Source of the DNA: a virus
Taxonomy: Duplodnaviria; Caudoviricetes
IMG/VR virus record: IMGVR_UViG_3300018475_000011
Span: 24,000-87,999 of that record
Length of the DNA: 64,000 bases
Reading direction: 5' to 3' (one strand)
Below, piece after piece: positions 1 through 10,108 of the stretch. The position numbers and the translations under genes are program-made. The notes beneath the pieces were generated by a model. That model did not search any database. It saw only the letters and a program-made list of their open reading frames with translations, and was not told the origin of the DNA. Positions within the stretch are counted from its first letter, which is position 1, and every line of letters begins with the position of its first letter.

Positions 1-11
1 TCACAACCGAC

Positions 12-560
12 TTGTATGAGTATGCAAGAGTAAACAAAGATGCGTTTATGATACAAACAAGTACAGAGCGATTATATGTAAAGCTCGTCCCCGTTAAAGA
101 TGATACGGATTTGAGAGATAGAACAATAGAAGAGTTTTACTATTCACGCCTTGGTTTCGGACAAAGAACCATGTTTGAACCTTATACACCTATGGAAGAA
201 GAAGGGTGGGAAACCGTAGGGTATTCAAGCGAAGTAGCTCAATTCAATCGCTTAATGGAGAGCTACCCAATAATAAATCTTGAAGGCGATTTGGCAACAA
301 GATATGGTTATAATGATAGCTTGTTTACGAATGATGCGATATACATGGAAAATCCGTCGGATTGGGTATTTGAAGATAAAGCCCTTCAACAAACTTTGGT
401 TTACAAGAACGGGAATTTGGTTGTGACTACATTCAATAAATTATCATGCAAATACGAACAGTATGTATTCTATTATGGAGATAAGGCAGACCAAAGCGTT
501 ATTGCAATTACGCCATTGGTTGAAATGATTGAAATATCTTTAACGCCCGAAGAAGAATAG
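12..560 (+). CDS. hypothetical protein (may start upstream of window)
   Basis: 182 aa ORF co-oriented with neighbours; no motif recognised. Confidence 0.6.
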   Translation: MYEYARVNKDAFMIQTSTERLYVKLVPVKDDTDLRDRTIEEFYYSRLGFGQRTMFEPYTPMEEEGWETVGYSSEVAQFNRLMESYPIINLEGDLATRYGYNDSLFTNDAIYMENPSDWVFEDKALQQTLVYKNGNLVVTTFNKLSCKYEQYVFYYGDKADQSVIAITPLVEMIEISLTPEEE

Positions 561-573
561 CGGGGGGAACTGT

Positions 574-867
574 ATGAATGTGATAGGAGCATTGGCTAAA
601 TCAAATTCCCAAAGCGTTATCTATTTTTGCAAGTTTGAGAAAACGGAATGTGAAATAGAAGGTATAAGGAATTTGGTGGCTGTTACGGGATATACAGAAA
701 AGATTTATGTTAATAGTATTCAAGCTGTCGCAATAGATAGTTGCGATGAAATGAAGAATGAGCTTAATTTCATCGGTATTATTTTCAAAAACGATGATAA
801 ATACATAACTCTTACAGCAAACGGATTTGAAGATGTTGAAGTCTATTTGCGTGAAATAGCAGAATAG
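574..867 (+). CDS. hypothetical protein
   Basis: ORF with GGGGGG SD. Confidence 0.65.
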   Translation: MNVIGALAKSNSQSVIYFCKFEKTECEIEGIRNLVAVTGYTEKIYVNSIQAVAIDSCDEMKNELNFIGIIFKNDDKYITLTANGFEDVEVYLREIAE

Positions 868-876
868 GAGAAGGGT

Positions 877-1590
877 ATGGAAAATATATTTGACAGTACG
901 GGTGTAGTAGAAGCGGGCGAATATAGTTCTGACAACGCAAAGGGAATGAATTATGATGTAATTATGGACGGAAAATCACATCGAATTGTGATGATTACTG
1001 AAATTGATTATAACGTAGATGTTCCATATATGTATAATCAAACCCGTATGGACGAAAAAGAACGGGAAATTGCATTAGCCAAAGTGATTCAGCACGAAAT
1101 TGAAAAGGGCAATGATTGGGCTAAAGACATGAAAGAAACCGCAATAACCGTTTGGAACATGATGAAAGCCGAAGGGGGAAAAATAACATATCCGTTATCG
1201 GATTGCGATGTTTGTATATCTCCTTGCGTGTACGATATTGATAAAAATTTTGACGACGTTCAATTACAAGATGTAGAATTTTATCTTGTTTATAGCCATG
1301 TCGTAAACGGCGGTCATTCCATATTTGATGTTACAAGTAGCCTTGTCAATTATGAACAAGTTAAGGCAAATCACGAAAAAAGTAAGAGCGACTTGCAATC
1401 GTTTTATGAGAAGAATGTAATGCCGATAGAAGATAAGTCTTTCGACGATATGACGGAAGATGAAAAAGATATCATGGGTACTTTTTCGGATTGGCACAAA
1501 GATATTTACGGACATCGCCCTAGAAGTTATAATAATGAGTGTAAAAACGCTTTGAGTGAAAGGGCGAAAACACAAAAAGAACGGGAGTAG
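877..1590 (+). CDS. hypothetical protein
   Basis: ORF with AGGAG SD; ends ERAKTQKERE. Confidence 0.7.
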   Translation: MENIFDSTGVVEAGEYSSDNAKGMNYDVIMDGKSHRIVMITEIDYNVDVPYMYNQTRMDEKEREIALAKVIQHEIEKGNDWAKDMKETAITVWNMMKAEGGKITYPLSDCDVCISPCVYDIDKNFDDVQLQDVEFYLVYSHVVNGGHSIFDVTSSLVNYEQVKANHEKSKSDLQSFYEKNVMPIEDKSFDDMTEDEKDIMGTFSDWHKDIYGHRPRSYNNECKNALSERAKTQKERE

Positions 1591-1601
1591 GAGATTGGAT
1601 T

Positions 1602-1895
1602 ATGACTAGAGATGATAAAGAACGTATGCTTTATTCTTTGTATTGCGATGCAGACGAAGCAATTAAGAGTATTCAGCAATGTGCAACCGCATTGAAGAAT
1701 CCCGAAGATAACGTAAAAAATATGGTTACGTTATTAAAGATTCAAGATAGAATTGCGGATATGCGTAAGGTTTATGACGAAGTAGACCGTATTCAAAACG
1801 AACCCATTGATGAATTTGATGAAAACGATGAATACGGAAGCGGAATGGGATATGTAGACGAATTTACTCAAAACCTATTAAATCCTATGGGATAA
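1602..1895 (+). CDS. hypothetical protein
   Basis: ORF with GGGAG SD, followed by terminator. Confidence 0.65.
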   Translation: MTRDDKERMLYSLYCDADEAIKSIQQCATALKNPEDNVKNMVTLLKIQDRIADMRKVYDEVDRIQNEPIDEFDENDEYGSGMGYVDEFTQNLLNPMG

Positions 1896-1898
1896 GCA

Positions 1899-1930
1899 AA
1901 AAGGGAAGCTCAAAAGAGCTTCCTTTTATT
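1899..1930 (+). terminator. intrinsic terminator
   Basis: GGAAGCTC-aaaa-GAGCTTCC then TTTTATT. Confidence 0.8.
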
Positions 1931-2014
1931 ATGCCCTTTATCTAAAAAGGACAATAGTGAGTGGCGATACATGATATACTATAATTACAACCAATATTAG
2001 AATAGGAGATAAGT

Positions 2015-3781
2015 ATGGACTTATATCGTGTTTCAAAAGTATTGTCGGAAAACAAGCGGGGGAAGATGTTTCTTGTTTACGACTTATATGGAGATAAAAA
2101 AAGCCTTACTGTGCGTGGCAATTTGCCCGAAATTTACGACGGAATGATAATAGGGCTAGAAATATCCACTAACGCATCAAAAGGGGCTAAAAAGCCAATA
2201 TACGAAGTCGTAGACTATGCCGTGGAAGTGACCGCAAAGAATGAAACCATATTAAAGAATAAAGGCGTTGATGTGGAGCGATACAAGGAAATGCTCTTTA
2301 ATCATTTGCAAGCCAAAAAAGAAGGCGTAACATGGGAAGTGGCAAGCATAGAAGTCGATAAACTATATGATAATTTATGCTTTGCCGATGCTGATAAAAA
2401 GCATAAGGAAAAGAAAAATGAACCGAAAGCAGAAGAAAGATTGCGGGCAATATGCAAAGAGATTCTTACAAAAGCAAGGGGCTTAAAAAAAATAGAGTAC
2501 GAAGTAGATGAATTTATTGGTTATGTCGAAAGCATCGAAGAAAAAGGAGCTTATAACGCACTTTCTTCAACCGATAAGATAGAGCTGATAATGAGAGATG
2601 AATTTGGATTTGCTTATGGCAAAATATATGATGTCGAAATGACGGATAAAGAAAACTACGTCCGATGCAATATGGCAAAACGCAACAGATATATTTCGGA
2701 ATTATTAGAAGAAGATGAAATTGCATCATTTATAAACAAACTATCCGATAGTTTAATGGTGCAAGAGCAAATAGATGTATTGTGGTGCTTAAAAGACAAG
2801 AAGCCGTGCATCATTACGGGCGGTGCGGGTACGGGCAAAACAACCGTAGTGAAATCTATTATAGAATGTTATTCTAAATATTATGATAAAGACGAAATAT
2901 TATTAGTTGCCCCTACGGGAAAGGCAAGCGTGCGTTTAGAAAACAGTACAAAAATGCCAACAAGCACAATACATAAGGCATTGAGAAAAAGCGTAGAAGA
3001 AGAATACGCATATTATAACGGGAGCAACAAACTACCGCATAAATTGGCGATTGTAGACGAAAGTAGCATGATTGATACGGCTCTCATGTACGATTTATTG
3101 CGGGCGTTAAGTGACGATTGTAAAATAATATTTGTCGGCGACCATAATCAATTACGTCCCGTAGGATATGGAGAACCTTTTTACGATTTTATCAAAACAT
3201 TATATGTTTATGAATTAACACAAAATCATAGGCAATCCGAAGAAACAGATATATTGGCAAATGCAAACAATGTTTTGGCGAATATACCGCTTTTCAACGG
3301 TAGAAGCGTAAAGGTAGAGCATATTTCTAAAAACGCCATATTCGATATGGTGGAATGGGAAAGCAATGCTCAAATATTAACGCAATATAGGGAGCTGAAC
3401 GCTCAAATAAACAATTCACTTAAATTCGGACAATCTGATTTTAATGTGGGGGACAAAGTAATTCTTCTAAAAAATACGGATTCGTATTGTAATGGAGATA
3501 TAGGATATATTGTCAAAATAGAAAAGGGTAGATATTACATAGAGCTTGAAGATGTCGGGGTGTATAGGGACACGACAAAAATTGTGGTTGACAAAAAGAG
3601 CGATATGGAATTGGCTTATGCTATTACGGTGCATAAAATGCAAGGAAGCGAAGCGGAAAAAGTAATCGTTTTTTTGCGTCGTGGAAAGGTAAGCAAAAGT
3701 ATGTTATATACCGCAATCACAAGAGCAAGATGCGAATTGGAAATATATTATTATGATGAAGTGGGAGAAGGCGTTGCGTAA
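2015..3781 (+). CDS. recD2: RecD2-like SF1B helicase
   Basis: GGAGTGKT, VDESSM, GDHNQL, LTQNHRQ, YAITVHKMQGSE, LYTAITRAR. Confidence 0.9.
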   Translation: MDLYRVSKVLSENKRGKMFLVYDLYGDKKSLTVRGNLPEIYDGMIIGLEISTNASKGAKKPIYEVVDYAVEVTAKNETILKNKGVDVERYKEMLFNHLQAKKEGVTWEVASIEVDKLYDNLCFADADKKHKEKKNEPKAEERLRAICKEILTKARGLKKIEYEVDEFIGYVESIEEKGAYNALSSTDKIELIMRDEFGFAYGKIYDVEMTDKENYVRCNMAKRNRYISELLEEDEIASFINKLSDSLMVQEQIDVLWCLKDKKPCIITGGAGTGKTTVVKSIIECYSKYYDKDEILLVAPTGKASVRLENSTKMPTSTIHKALRKSVEEEYAYYNGSNKLPHKLAIVDESSMIDTALMYDLLRALSDDCKIIFVGDHNQLRPVGYGEPFYDFIKTLYVYELTQNHRQSEETDILANANNVLANIPLFNGRSVKVEHISKNAIFDMVEWESNAQILTQYRELNAQINNSLKFGQSDFNVGDKVILLKNTDSYCNGDIGYIVKIEKGRYYIELEDVGVYRDTTKIVVDKKSDMELAYAITVHKMQGSEAEKVIVFLRRGKVSKSMLYTAITRARCELEIYYYDEVGEGVA

Positions 3782-4245
3782 TGTGGAAATACTTGGAGCA
3801 AACCAACAAAAATCTATTATATGAATATGCACGGGTGTTAAGTAACGCACGGGCAGATATGCGATACGATTCCGACGAAGATAAACGCAATAAAGAGTGT
3901 TTTTATCTCTTTTGGTTTGTTTATCGCTATGTCTTGGGGTGTAAGACGCTAAGAGAAGCCTTGGAACACGTTGACAAGGACACATTGGTAAAATATAAGT
4001 TATTCAGTATGCTACATCATAGATATTTATTTGTGGGACATGGAGAAAACAAAATGCCATTTTCAAAAGTCGAAGATGTCGTTGCGATTCTTGAAATATT
4101 ATATAATAAATACACATTCTTTGAACAAATGGAGTGCTTTTGTAGAAATGCTATGATAAGCGACGGGCATAGCTGTCGTTGTCGGAGATGCGAAAGCAGA
4201 ATGGAAGAGCTGAAAAGAAAGGTGTCGAAATATGAAAACAAATAA
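3781..4245 (+). CDS. hypothetical protein
   Basis: ORF translationally coupled to recD2. Confidence 0.65.
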   Translation: MWKYLEQTNKNLLYEYARVLSNARADMRYDSDEDKRNKECFYLFWFVYRYVLGCKTLREALEHVDKDTLVKYKLFSMLHHRYLFVGHGENKMPFSKVEDVVAILEILYNKYTFFEQMECFCRNAMISDGHSCRCRRCESRMEELKRKVSKYENK

Positions 4246-5278
4246 AGTTGTTTTATTTATGATTGTGGTGTTATTAGCAATAATGAATCCGATAAGAGCC
4301 AATGCGGAAACGGGGGACAGATATCGAATTAACGGGAGTGATAATTTGATTGCTGTTGGCGGGTATAACCAATATGATGAAATCAAAGTGTTTACACAAG
4401 AAGATGCCCTTGCCTTAGAAGCACGAATGAAAACCGACGGATATATTCAAGTGTCGGGAGAAGGACGGGTAATATCGGACGAAGAATACAATCTGATAAT
4501 GCAAGAAAACGAAGTGTGGTATTACCATTATAAAGACAGCTATAACGTGAAAATATTTATATATAAGCCCGTCTATGATGATTATATAGAATATAAGGCA
4601 AACGGCTTAACTGTGCCGATTGTGACGTTAGATGAATTAATGACAAGCTCTGTTGTGTTGGATTATTTTAATTTGGAGCAAATAGAATTGTCGGGTACAT
4701 ACGATAATCAAGTGGGAGATGCAATACCGTCGCATTTTAAGGCGGGGTGGATAGAGATACATAGCCCGATAGATTGCGAAATCGTATTGTGGAATGATGA
4801 ATCTAATAGATATTATAGCTTTTTGATTGAGAAGAATACGCCTTTTAAGGAGAAGCTGAAATGCGGGAGTTATCGTTTGGTAGAAATTAATAAATTGGCG
4901 GTACAAACAAGAATAGACAACGAAGGCGAAGATACGTTGCCTTACAATAACCGTATTCAAATAGGCGATTGGAATACCGAAGATAATCCATATCTTCTTG
5001 ACTTTACAAATATAACAATAAAATATCGCTTAACAGATATTAACAAAGAAGAGTATGTCCCCAAAGAAAATGTACCTTATATCGTGCCTACCGAACAAAT
5101 CAAAGTGATAAAAGGCGAAGAAGAAACGGTAATAGAAAAAGCAAAAAAAGTATTTAATGGTAAGACATTCGGCATTATTCTTTTTGTGCTAATAATAGCG
5201 TTATTAATAGCGTATGCAATAATTATTATCCGAAAAAACAAGAATGGAGCAAGCGACGATGATGAATATATTAGATAA
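4232..5278 (+). CDS. exported protein with C-terminal membrane anchor
   Basis: N-terminal signal peptide (..PIRANA); hydrophobic C-terminal helix followed by RKNK. Confidence 0.7.
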   Translation: MKTNKVVLFMIVVLLAIMNPIRANAETGDRYRINGSDNLIAVGGYNQYDEIKVFTQEDALALEARMKTDGYIQVSGEGRVISDEEYNLIMQENEVWYYHYKDSYNVKIFIYKPVYDDYIEYKANGLTVPIVTLDELMTSSVVLDYFNLEQIELSGTYDNQVGDAIPSHFKAGWIEIHSPIDCEIVLWNDESNRYYSFLIEKNTPFKEKLKCGSYRLVEINKLAVQTRIDNEGEDTLPYNNRIQIGDWNTEDNPYLLDFTNITIKYRLTDINKEEYVPKENVPYIVPTEQIKVIKGEEETVIEKAKKVFNGKTFGIILFVLIIALLIAYAIIIIRKNKNGASDDDEYIR

Positions 5279-5453
5279 TTTGAAGGTTGATAGCAATATG
5301 ACAAAAGATGAATGGAACGCCTTTTGCAGAAGATATCGAAATCGGAACGCATCAACGATATCAATTATATTAAGCAAAAGGTACAATATTAACATAAATC
5401 AAGATGCTTTGAATGTTGAAATCAAGAAAGAAATAGAAAATGCAAAAAAATAA
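5244..5453 (+). CDS. hypothetical protein (start uncertain)
   Basis: short ORF overlapping the upstream stop. Confidence 0.5.
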   Translation: MEQATMMNILDNLKVDSNMTKDEWNAFCRRYRNRNASTISIILSKRYNININQDALNVEIKKEIENAKK

Positions 5454-5475
5454 TGTCTTTTTTCTAAAAAAGCAC

Positions 5476-5504
5476 TTGACAACGCACATAGAAGATGCTA
5501 TAAT
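5476..5504 (+). promoter_or_regulatory. SigA-type promoter of ssb (class II)
   Basis: TTGACA-17-TATAAT with extended TG. Confidence 0.85.
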
Positions 5505-5547
5505 CAAAATATAGTAAAACACAACCAACCAAAAAGAATAAGGAGAA

Positions 5548-5877
5548 ATGATTATGGCAAACGGAAACAGAACTTACAACATTTGTACTAATTGGGGGCT
5601 TTATTGCTTCGATATGAAGGAAACAAACACGGGTGTTCGTCTTAATTGTGCAATGAACGGCAAGAAGAAGGACGACGGTACATACGAAAAAGGGTTGTCA
5701 ATGAGCGTTTTCTGCTCGTTTGAAACTTGCGACATTATCGAAGATGATTACAGTAATTGCTTCATTGATGTAGACGGTGGATTTACCATTTCGGAATATA
5801 TCGGAAACGATAATACGCCCCGCACATCTATTACGATTTTCGCCGATAAGGTGCGTAAGCACGAATGGAACAATTAG
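5548..5877 (+). CDS. ssb: single-stranded DNA-binding protein-like (OB fold), no acidic tail
   Basis: IDVDGGFTISEYIGNDNTPRTSITIFADKV resembles the SSB C-terminal strands. Confidence 0.6.
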   Translation: MIMANGNRTYNICTNWGLYCFDMKETNTGVRLNCAMNGKKKDDGTYEKGLSMSVFCSFETCDIIEDDYSNCFIDVDGGFTISEYIGNDNTPRTSITIFADKVRKHEWNN

Positions 5878-5935
5878 TAATAATTCCATAAAAATTAAGG
5901 GGTGGGGGGTACAAAAGCCCCTATCCCTTTTTTGA

Positions 5936-6397
5936 TTGAAAGGGATAGCAATGAACGAATTAGAAAACAAATACAACTTTGTAGATATATATATATTTGG
6001 AAGGGTTGATAATGGATATATTAGTCTTTCCGATTGGCACATGAGCGAAGAACACTCATGCGTAATGAAGTTTGATTCGGATAGCAAATACTTAATAGGT
6101 TTTAATATGTTTAGAAAAAGGGAATATTATATAGCCGAAATAAGTCTTGAAGAATTAATGATACTTGCGGGAATTACCACAACCACGAATTTTGTCAAAC
6201 AGTTTCGTAATGGTGTAGAAGAAGATAACGCCAATGACCTTATGGCAATAATGTGTTCTCAAAAAATACTCAATTACGGCTTTGGAAAATGCGTTAAAAC
6301 AGATAGCGGAATGGAATTTAAGAGAAGGCAACTGATTAACGGCAAGAGAGAATATGTGGTAGTTCTAAAAAAGAAAATGCGAAAGGAAACAGCATGA
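5936..6397 (+). CDS. hypothetical protein (start possibly 5951)
   Basis: co-oriented ORF. Confidence 0.6.
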   Translation: MKGIAMNELENKYNFVDIYIFGRVDNGYISLSDWHMSEEHSCVMKFDSDSKYLIGFNMFRKREYYIAEISLEELMILAGITTTTNFVKQFRNGVEEDNANDLMAIMCSQKILNYGFGKCVKTDSGMEFKRRQLINGKREYVVVLKKKMRKETA

Positions 6398-6936
6398 AGA
6401 AACGAAAACCCGAAGATGTAATATTTGCAATATTGGTTTTTGTATCTCTTATATCAATAGTGTATTGCGTGGCAACAACGGTAGTAGAAACTGTAAAAGA
6501 TAATCCGATAAGCCTAGACGATACACTATTTGTTTCATTAAAGCCTAGTATTGAGCTTGCGAAACGAATACCGCAAGCGATTGATTCAGCATCAAACGCT
6601 TATAAGATAAAAGAATATGATGATGAATGTACCGTTAGTAAAGTGGAATATGATACTATTGAAGTATTAATCGGCAACCATAAAAGGAGCTATAATTTGA
6701 CGGGAGTTGAATTAAAATATGATGTTTTGGGAAGCAGATTAAAAGAAGGCGATATATTGCATATAGATTACGTTGGATTAAATGCAAACTTATATTTTAG
6801 GGACGGGACGATGATACAACATTGGTTGTTGCTTAATGGATATGCTATCGTATCGAAAGAAGGAACGCCCGATGAAGAATTTGAGCAAATACAAGAAATG
6901 GCAAAAGAAAGAAAAGTCGGCTATTGGGCTGATTAA
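6394..6936 (+). CDS. membrane-anchored thermonuclease-like protein, catalytic motifs degenerate
   Basis: N-terminal TM; KVEYDTIEV..YNLTGVE and LLLNGYA..AKERKVGYW align to SNase but DGDT, RxxGxD and DxYGR are missing. Confidence 0.55.
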   Translation: MKKRKPEDVIFAILVFVSLISIVYCVATTVVETVKDNPISLDDTLFVSLKPSIELAKRIPQAIDSASNAYKIKEYDDECTVSKVEYDTIEVLIGNHKRSYNLTGVELKYDVLGSRLKEGDILHIDYVGLNANLYFRDGTMIQHWLLLNGYAIVSKEGTPDEEFEQIQEMAKERKVGYWAD

Positions 6937-6961
6937 ATATTATATAATAAAGGAGAAGCAC

Positions 6962-7306
6962 ATGGAAATTAAAGCAAGGAGAATTACACAAGACGATGTA
7001 ACAAATAACGAATACATGGCTTTGGTTAGAGCGGTTTCTTATGTTAAGGCACGTTATGCTAATGAAGTATCGGGAATGTGGCTTATAACAAATAAGTCAA
7101 TCGAAGGAGATACCCAAATTGTTGTGCAAACAACATTGGAGCGGGGAAGCGTTGATTATGTTCTTTTGAGCGGGAACATGAGTAGTATTCTTGGTGGTTG
7201 TATCATGTATGATTACGACGATTTAGAAACCGATACTTACGGAGTGAAAGAAGAAATTGAAAACGGAAATGCTCTTTTGCTTTATATGAACAAAAAAGGA
7301 GAATAA
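6962..7306 (+). CDS. possible degenerate minimal nucleotidyltransferase (MNT-like)
   Basis: MWLITN..GDTQIVV..EEIENGNALLLY; directly upstream of HEPN gene; lacks GS..DxD. Confidence 0.35.
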   Translation: MEIKARRITQDDVTNNEYMALVRAVSYVKARYANEVSGMWLITNKSIEGDTQIVVQTTLERGSVDYVLLSGNMSSILGGCIMYDYDDLETDTYGVKEEIENGNALLLYMNKKGE

Positions 7307-7309
7307 CAA

Positions 7310-7834
7310 ATGGGATTAAGTGAAGATACAATACAATCAGACCTATATATCGCTAAACATATTTTTTATGACGATAAGGGAAAGGACGCATGGCATAGAA
7401 ATCCGCAATTATTAAATATGTGTGCTTATCATTGTGAGCAAGCGATTGAAAAAACATTGAAGCTCTTTTTGCAGAGCATTAATGAAGATGCGTACCGTTC
7501 CGTTGCAAATTCACATAACATTTCGGAATTACTTGTAAAAATGCAATGCAATTCGGAAAATTTTATCGAAAACCATAAAGAGTTAGCCCATAATGCAGAT
7601 ACGATTACCAAAATGAATAATTTGCGATATGGAGTAGGGGAAGTATCAAAGAACGATTGTTATATCGTTTTGTCAAATGCAAAATCTCTTTTTGCAGAAT
7701 ATCAGAAAATATACGGGAAAGAGCATATAAGGACTATCAGCTCATTGGACGGCAACAAGCATAAACAAACAGAAGCGGATAACTCAAAAAAAGTAAATTT
7801 TACAATGAAGCGGATAGGTTCGGAAAGGGATTAA
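7310..7834 (+). CDS. HEPN domain protein
   Basis: CAYHCEQAIEKTLK..SHNISELL..NNLRYG. Confidence 0.75.
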   Translation: MGLSEDTIQSDLYIAKHIFYDDKGKDAWHRNPQLLNMCAYHCEQAIEKTLKLFLQSINEDAYRSVANSHNISELLVKMQCNSENFIENHKELAHNADTITKMNNLRYGVGEVSKNDCYIVLSNAKSLFAEYQKIYGKEHIRTISSLDGNKHKQTEADNSKKVNFTMKRIGSERD

Positions 7835-7835
7835 T

Positions 7836-8372
7836 ATGAAATACGCACATGGAGAATACGCAAGTGCAAGCAAGGAGCATATTAATAAATATAAAATGGC
7901 TCATTGTATAGGCGTAGCGGAATATATGCGGGATAACGCATGGAAATACGGCGAAGATAAAAATAAGATGTATGCCATTGGATTATTGCACGATATCGGA
8001 TATTTAGAAGGCAGAAAAGACCACGAAGCAACGAGTTATGAAATATTAGATAGTTTAGGAATGAGTGAAGATATCCTATTTGCTATCGTAAACCATGGAA
8101 AAAATCCGTATGAAGTAGAAGATGCCTTCCAAAAAAATTTATTGAAAGAGTGTCCCGTACTTGTGCTTTTATACGAAGCTGATATGAGCGTAAATGCACA
8201 AGGATATAAAGTAGGATTCGATAAGCGGTTGCAAGATATCGGGGATAGATATGGTTACGACCATATTGCCTATGAAACGGCAAGTAATACCGTGAAATTT
8301 GTAAAAGAAAAGCACAAGGAATTAGGACTACACAAGGGAAAAAAGGGGGCAGAGCATGAAGAAGTACGCTAG
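7836..8372 (+). CDS. HD-domain phosphohydrolase
   Basis: H(CIGVA)..GLLHDIG..H..NH..EAD metal-ligand pattern. Confidence 0.8.
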   Translation: MKYAHGEYASASKEHINKYKMAHCIGVAEYMRDNAWKYGEDKNKMYAIGLLHDIGYLEGRKDHEATSYEILDSLGMSEDILFAIVNHGKNPYEVEDAFQKNLLKECPVLVLLYEADMSVNAQGYKVGFDKRLQDIGDRYGYDHIAYETASNTVKFVKEKHKELGLHKGKKGAEHEEVR

Positions 8373-9027
8373 TTTTATTGCTTTATTAGTAATTTGTGTA
8401 ATTATCGTATGTATCATTGTTATTAAAAATTACGATGGAGTGCGGGAAAGCTATGAAAGCATAGAAGATATTAAGGTGTCACATTCTCAAAAGAGCGATG
8501 TTGCAAAAGTTACTATCGTAGATACCTACATTAAAGGCGGGGAAACATATTACGAATTAACCACATCAGTATCGGGAACGGAATTGTTTACCTTTTCCCA
8601 AAAGGAATATAACGAAATCTTTGGGGAAGGCAATACTGCCGTGGATTGCGAAATATACACACTTGAACTAAATGCGAAAATTACAAACTATCAAGCTCCG
8701 ATATTTTCTAAATACAACAAATTAGATATGAAAAAGTTGACAAAGTATAAAGATAATCCGTATGGTTTTAAGAGCGTTTATATTCCTACGGCATCTTACG
8801 ATATGTATTGCCAATTTTCATCTTCCGAAAAAGAAGGGACGTATTTTAATTATTATATAAATTGTTATAGTTCATTAAGAGAAGGAACAACGCTAACGAT
8901 TGAATATTCCGAATGTAGATATTCATTTTTGGGGGAAGAAGATTTTACGGAAGAAGAAATCGCATATTACAAAAATAATATAGACGAGATAAATCGTTAC
9001 ATTTTGGAAGCGTTAGATAACTATTAA
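8356..9027 (+). CDS. membrane-anchored hypothetical protein
   Basis: N-terminal hydrophobic helix. Confidence 0.65.
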   Translation: MKKYASFIALLVICVIIVCIIVIKNYDGVRESYESIEDIKVSHSQKSDVAKVTIVDTYIKGGETYYELTTSVSGTELFTFSQKEYNEIFGEGNTAVDCEIYTLELNAKITNYQAPIFSKYNKLDMKKLTKYKDNPYGFKSVYIPTASYDMYCQFSSSEKEGTYFNYYINCYSSLREGTTLTIEYSECRYSFLGEEDFTEEEIAYYKNNIDEINRYILEALDNY

Positions 9028-9046
9028 GAAAGGAGAATGAAAGCGT

Positions 9047-9253
9047 ATGGGTAATTTTATGTTTGGAGTTTTGGTGGGCTTTTTGGCGGGAACGGTTATG
9101 TCATGTATTTTGTTAGCAAAGAAAAACCTTCAAGCCAAAGACGCAATAGAATCATCAATCGAAAATAAGGTGGTATCGGCTAAAGATGCTTTTGCGGAAG
9201 CAAAGAAGTCTTTTAAGGAACAAATGCAAGCGTATGACGAAGCAAATAAATAG
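9047..9253 (+). CDS. small membrane protein
   Basis: N-terminal TM helix. Confidence 0.6.
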   Translation: MGNFMFGVLVGFLAGTVMSCILLAKKNLQAKDAIESSIENKVVSAKDAFAEAKKSFKEQMQAYDEANK

Positions 9254-9264
9254 GGGGTTAATAC

Positions 9265-9801
9265 ATGGGTATTGAAGTAATAATGGCGGGAGTTACAAAA
9301 TATGAACAATTCGCCAACATGAATGATGCTTACCAAATAGAATACAATAACGTATGTGGTTTTAAGCTGTATGCTGTATTAAGCAATCCTTCGCCCAATG
9401 AAATAGAAAACATGATAGGAAATTCGGATTTTACTATGTCTTTTTCGGTTATTGAAGAAATTGGTATTTTATCATTTATGTTCGATACAATGGTAGGCGA
9501 TTGCATATTAGAACCGCATATATGCGGAGATAATGAGCCAATGGACGTAATCCCAACGGGACGGGGAATAGCTCTTAATATAATTGTTATTGATTCAACG
9601 CAAGGCGGTTTAGTTAGGGGTATGCGTGCAATCGGATTAGGCGAAGAATTATCTAATAATATAAGAGAATGGTACAATGAAGAATTTAAGAAGCCATTTG
9701 ACAAAGGAAAGCACATTGATACAGTAAATAAAATATATCAAAAATACTCTCCGTATGATATAATCGTAAGGTGCAGAGCGTCATGGTCTTTAGATATTTA
9801 A
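9265..9801 (+). CDS. hypothetical protein
   Basis: ORF with GGGGG SD. Confidence 0.65.
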   Translation: MGIEVIMAGVTKYEQFANMNDAYQIEYNNVCGFKLYAVLSNPSPNEIENMIGNSDFTMSFSVIEEIGILSFMFDTMVGDCILEPHICGDNEPMDVIPTGRGIALNIIVIDSTQGGLVRGMRAIGLGEELSNNIREWYNEEFKKPFDKGKHIDTVNKIYQKYSPYDIIVRCRASWSLDI

Positions 9802-10089
9802 TTGAAAGGGGATATGCAGATGAAATTAGCGGAAGCTAAAAAAACATATCAGCGATATTTCAACCGTCCACCGACAAAAGAAACAACCTTATGCCTTGCA
9901 AAACTATCATATAGTTTAACAAGGGAAATTCCACTTATTTCCGTTGTTGTCGGAAGCGACAAAATTGCTTTGTATTACAAAGATGAATTAAAAGCAGAAT
10001 TTAACGGAAGCGATTTCAATGATGTAACAGACAAACTATTTAATAGCTCTATATTATTAGAACTATTGGATAAAGCAGAAAATGAGTAA
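9802..10089 (+). CDS. hypothetical protein (start uncertain)
   Basis: co-oriented ORF. Confidence 0.55.
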   Translation: MKGDMQMKLAEAKKTYQRYFNRPPTKETTLCLAKLSYSLTREIPLISVVVGSDKIALYYKDELKAEFNGSDFNDVTDKLFNSSILLELLDKAENE

Positions 10090-10108
10090 AGAAAGGCGAA
10101 AGATTATT

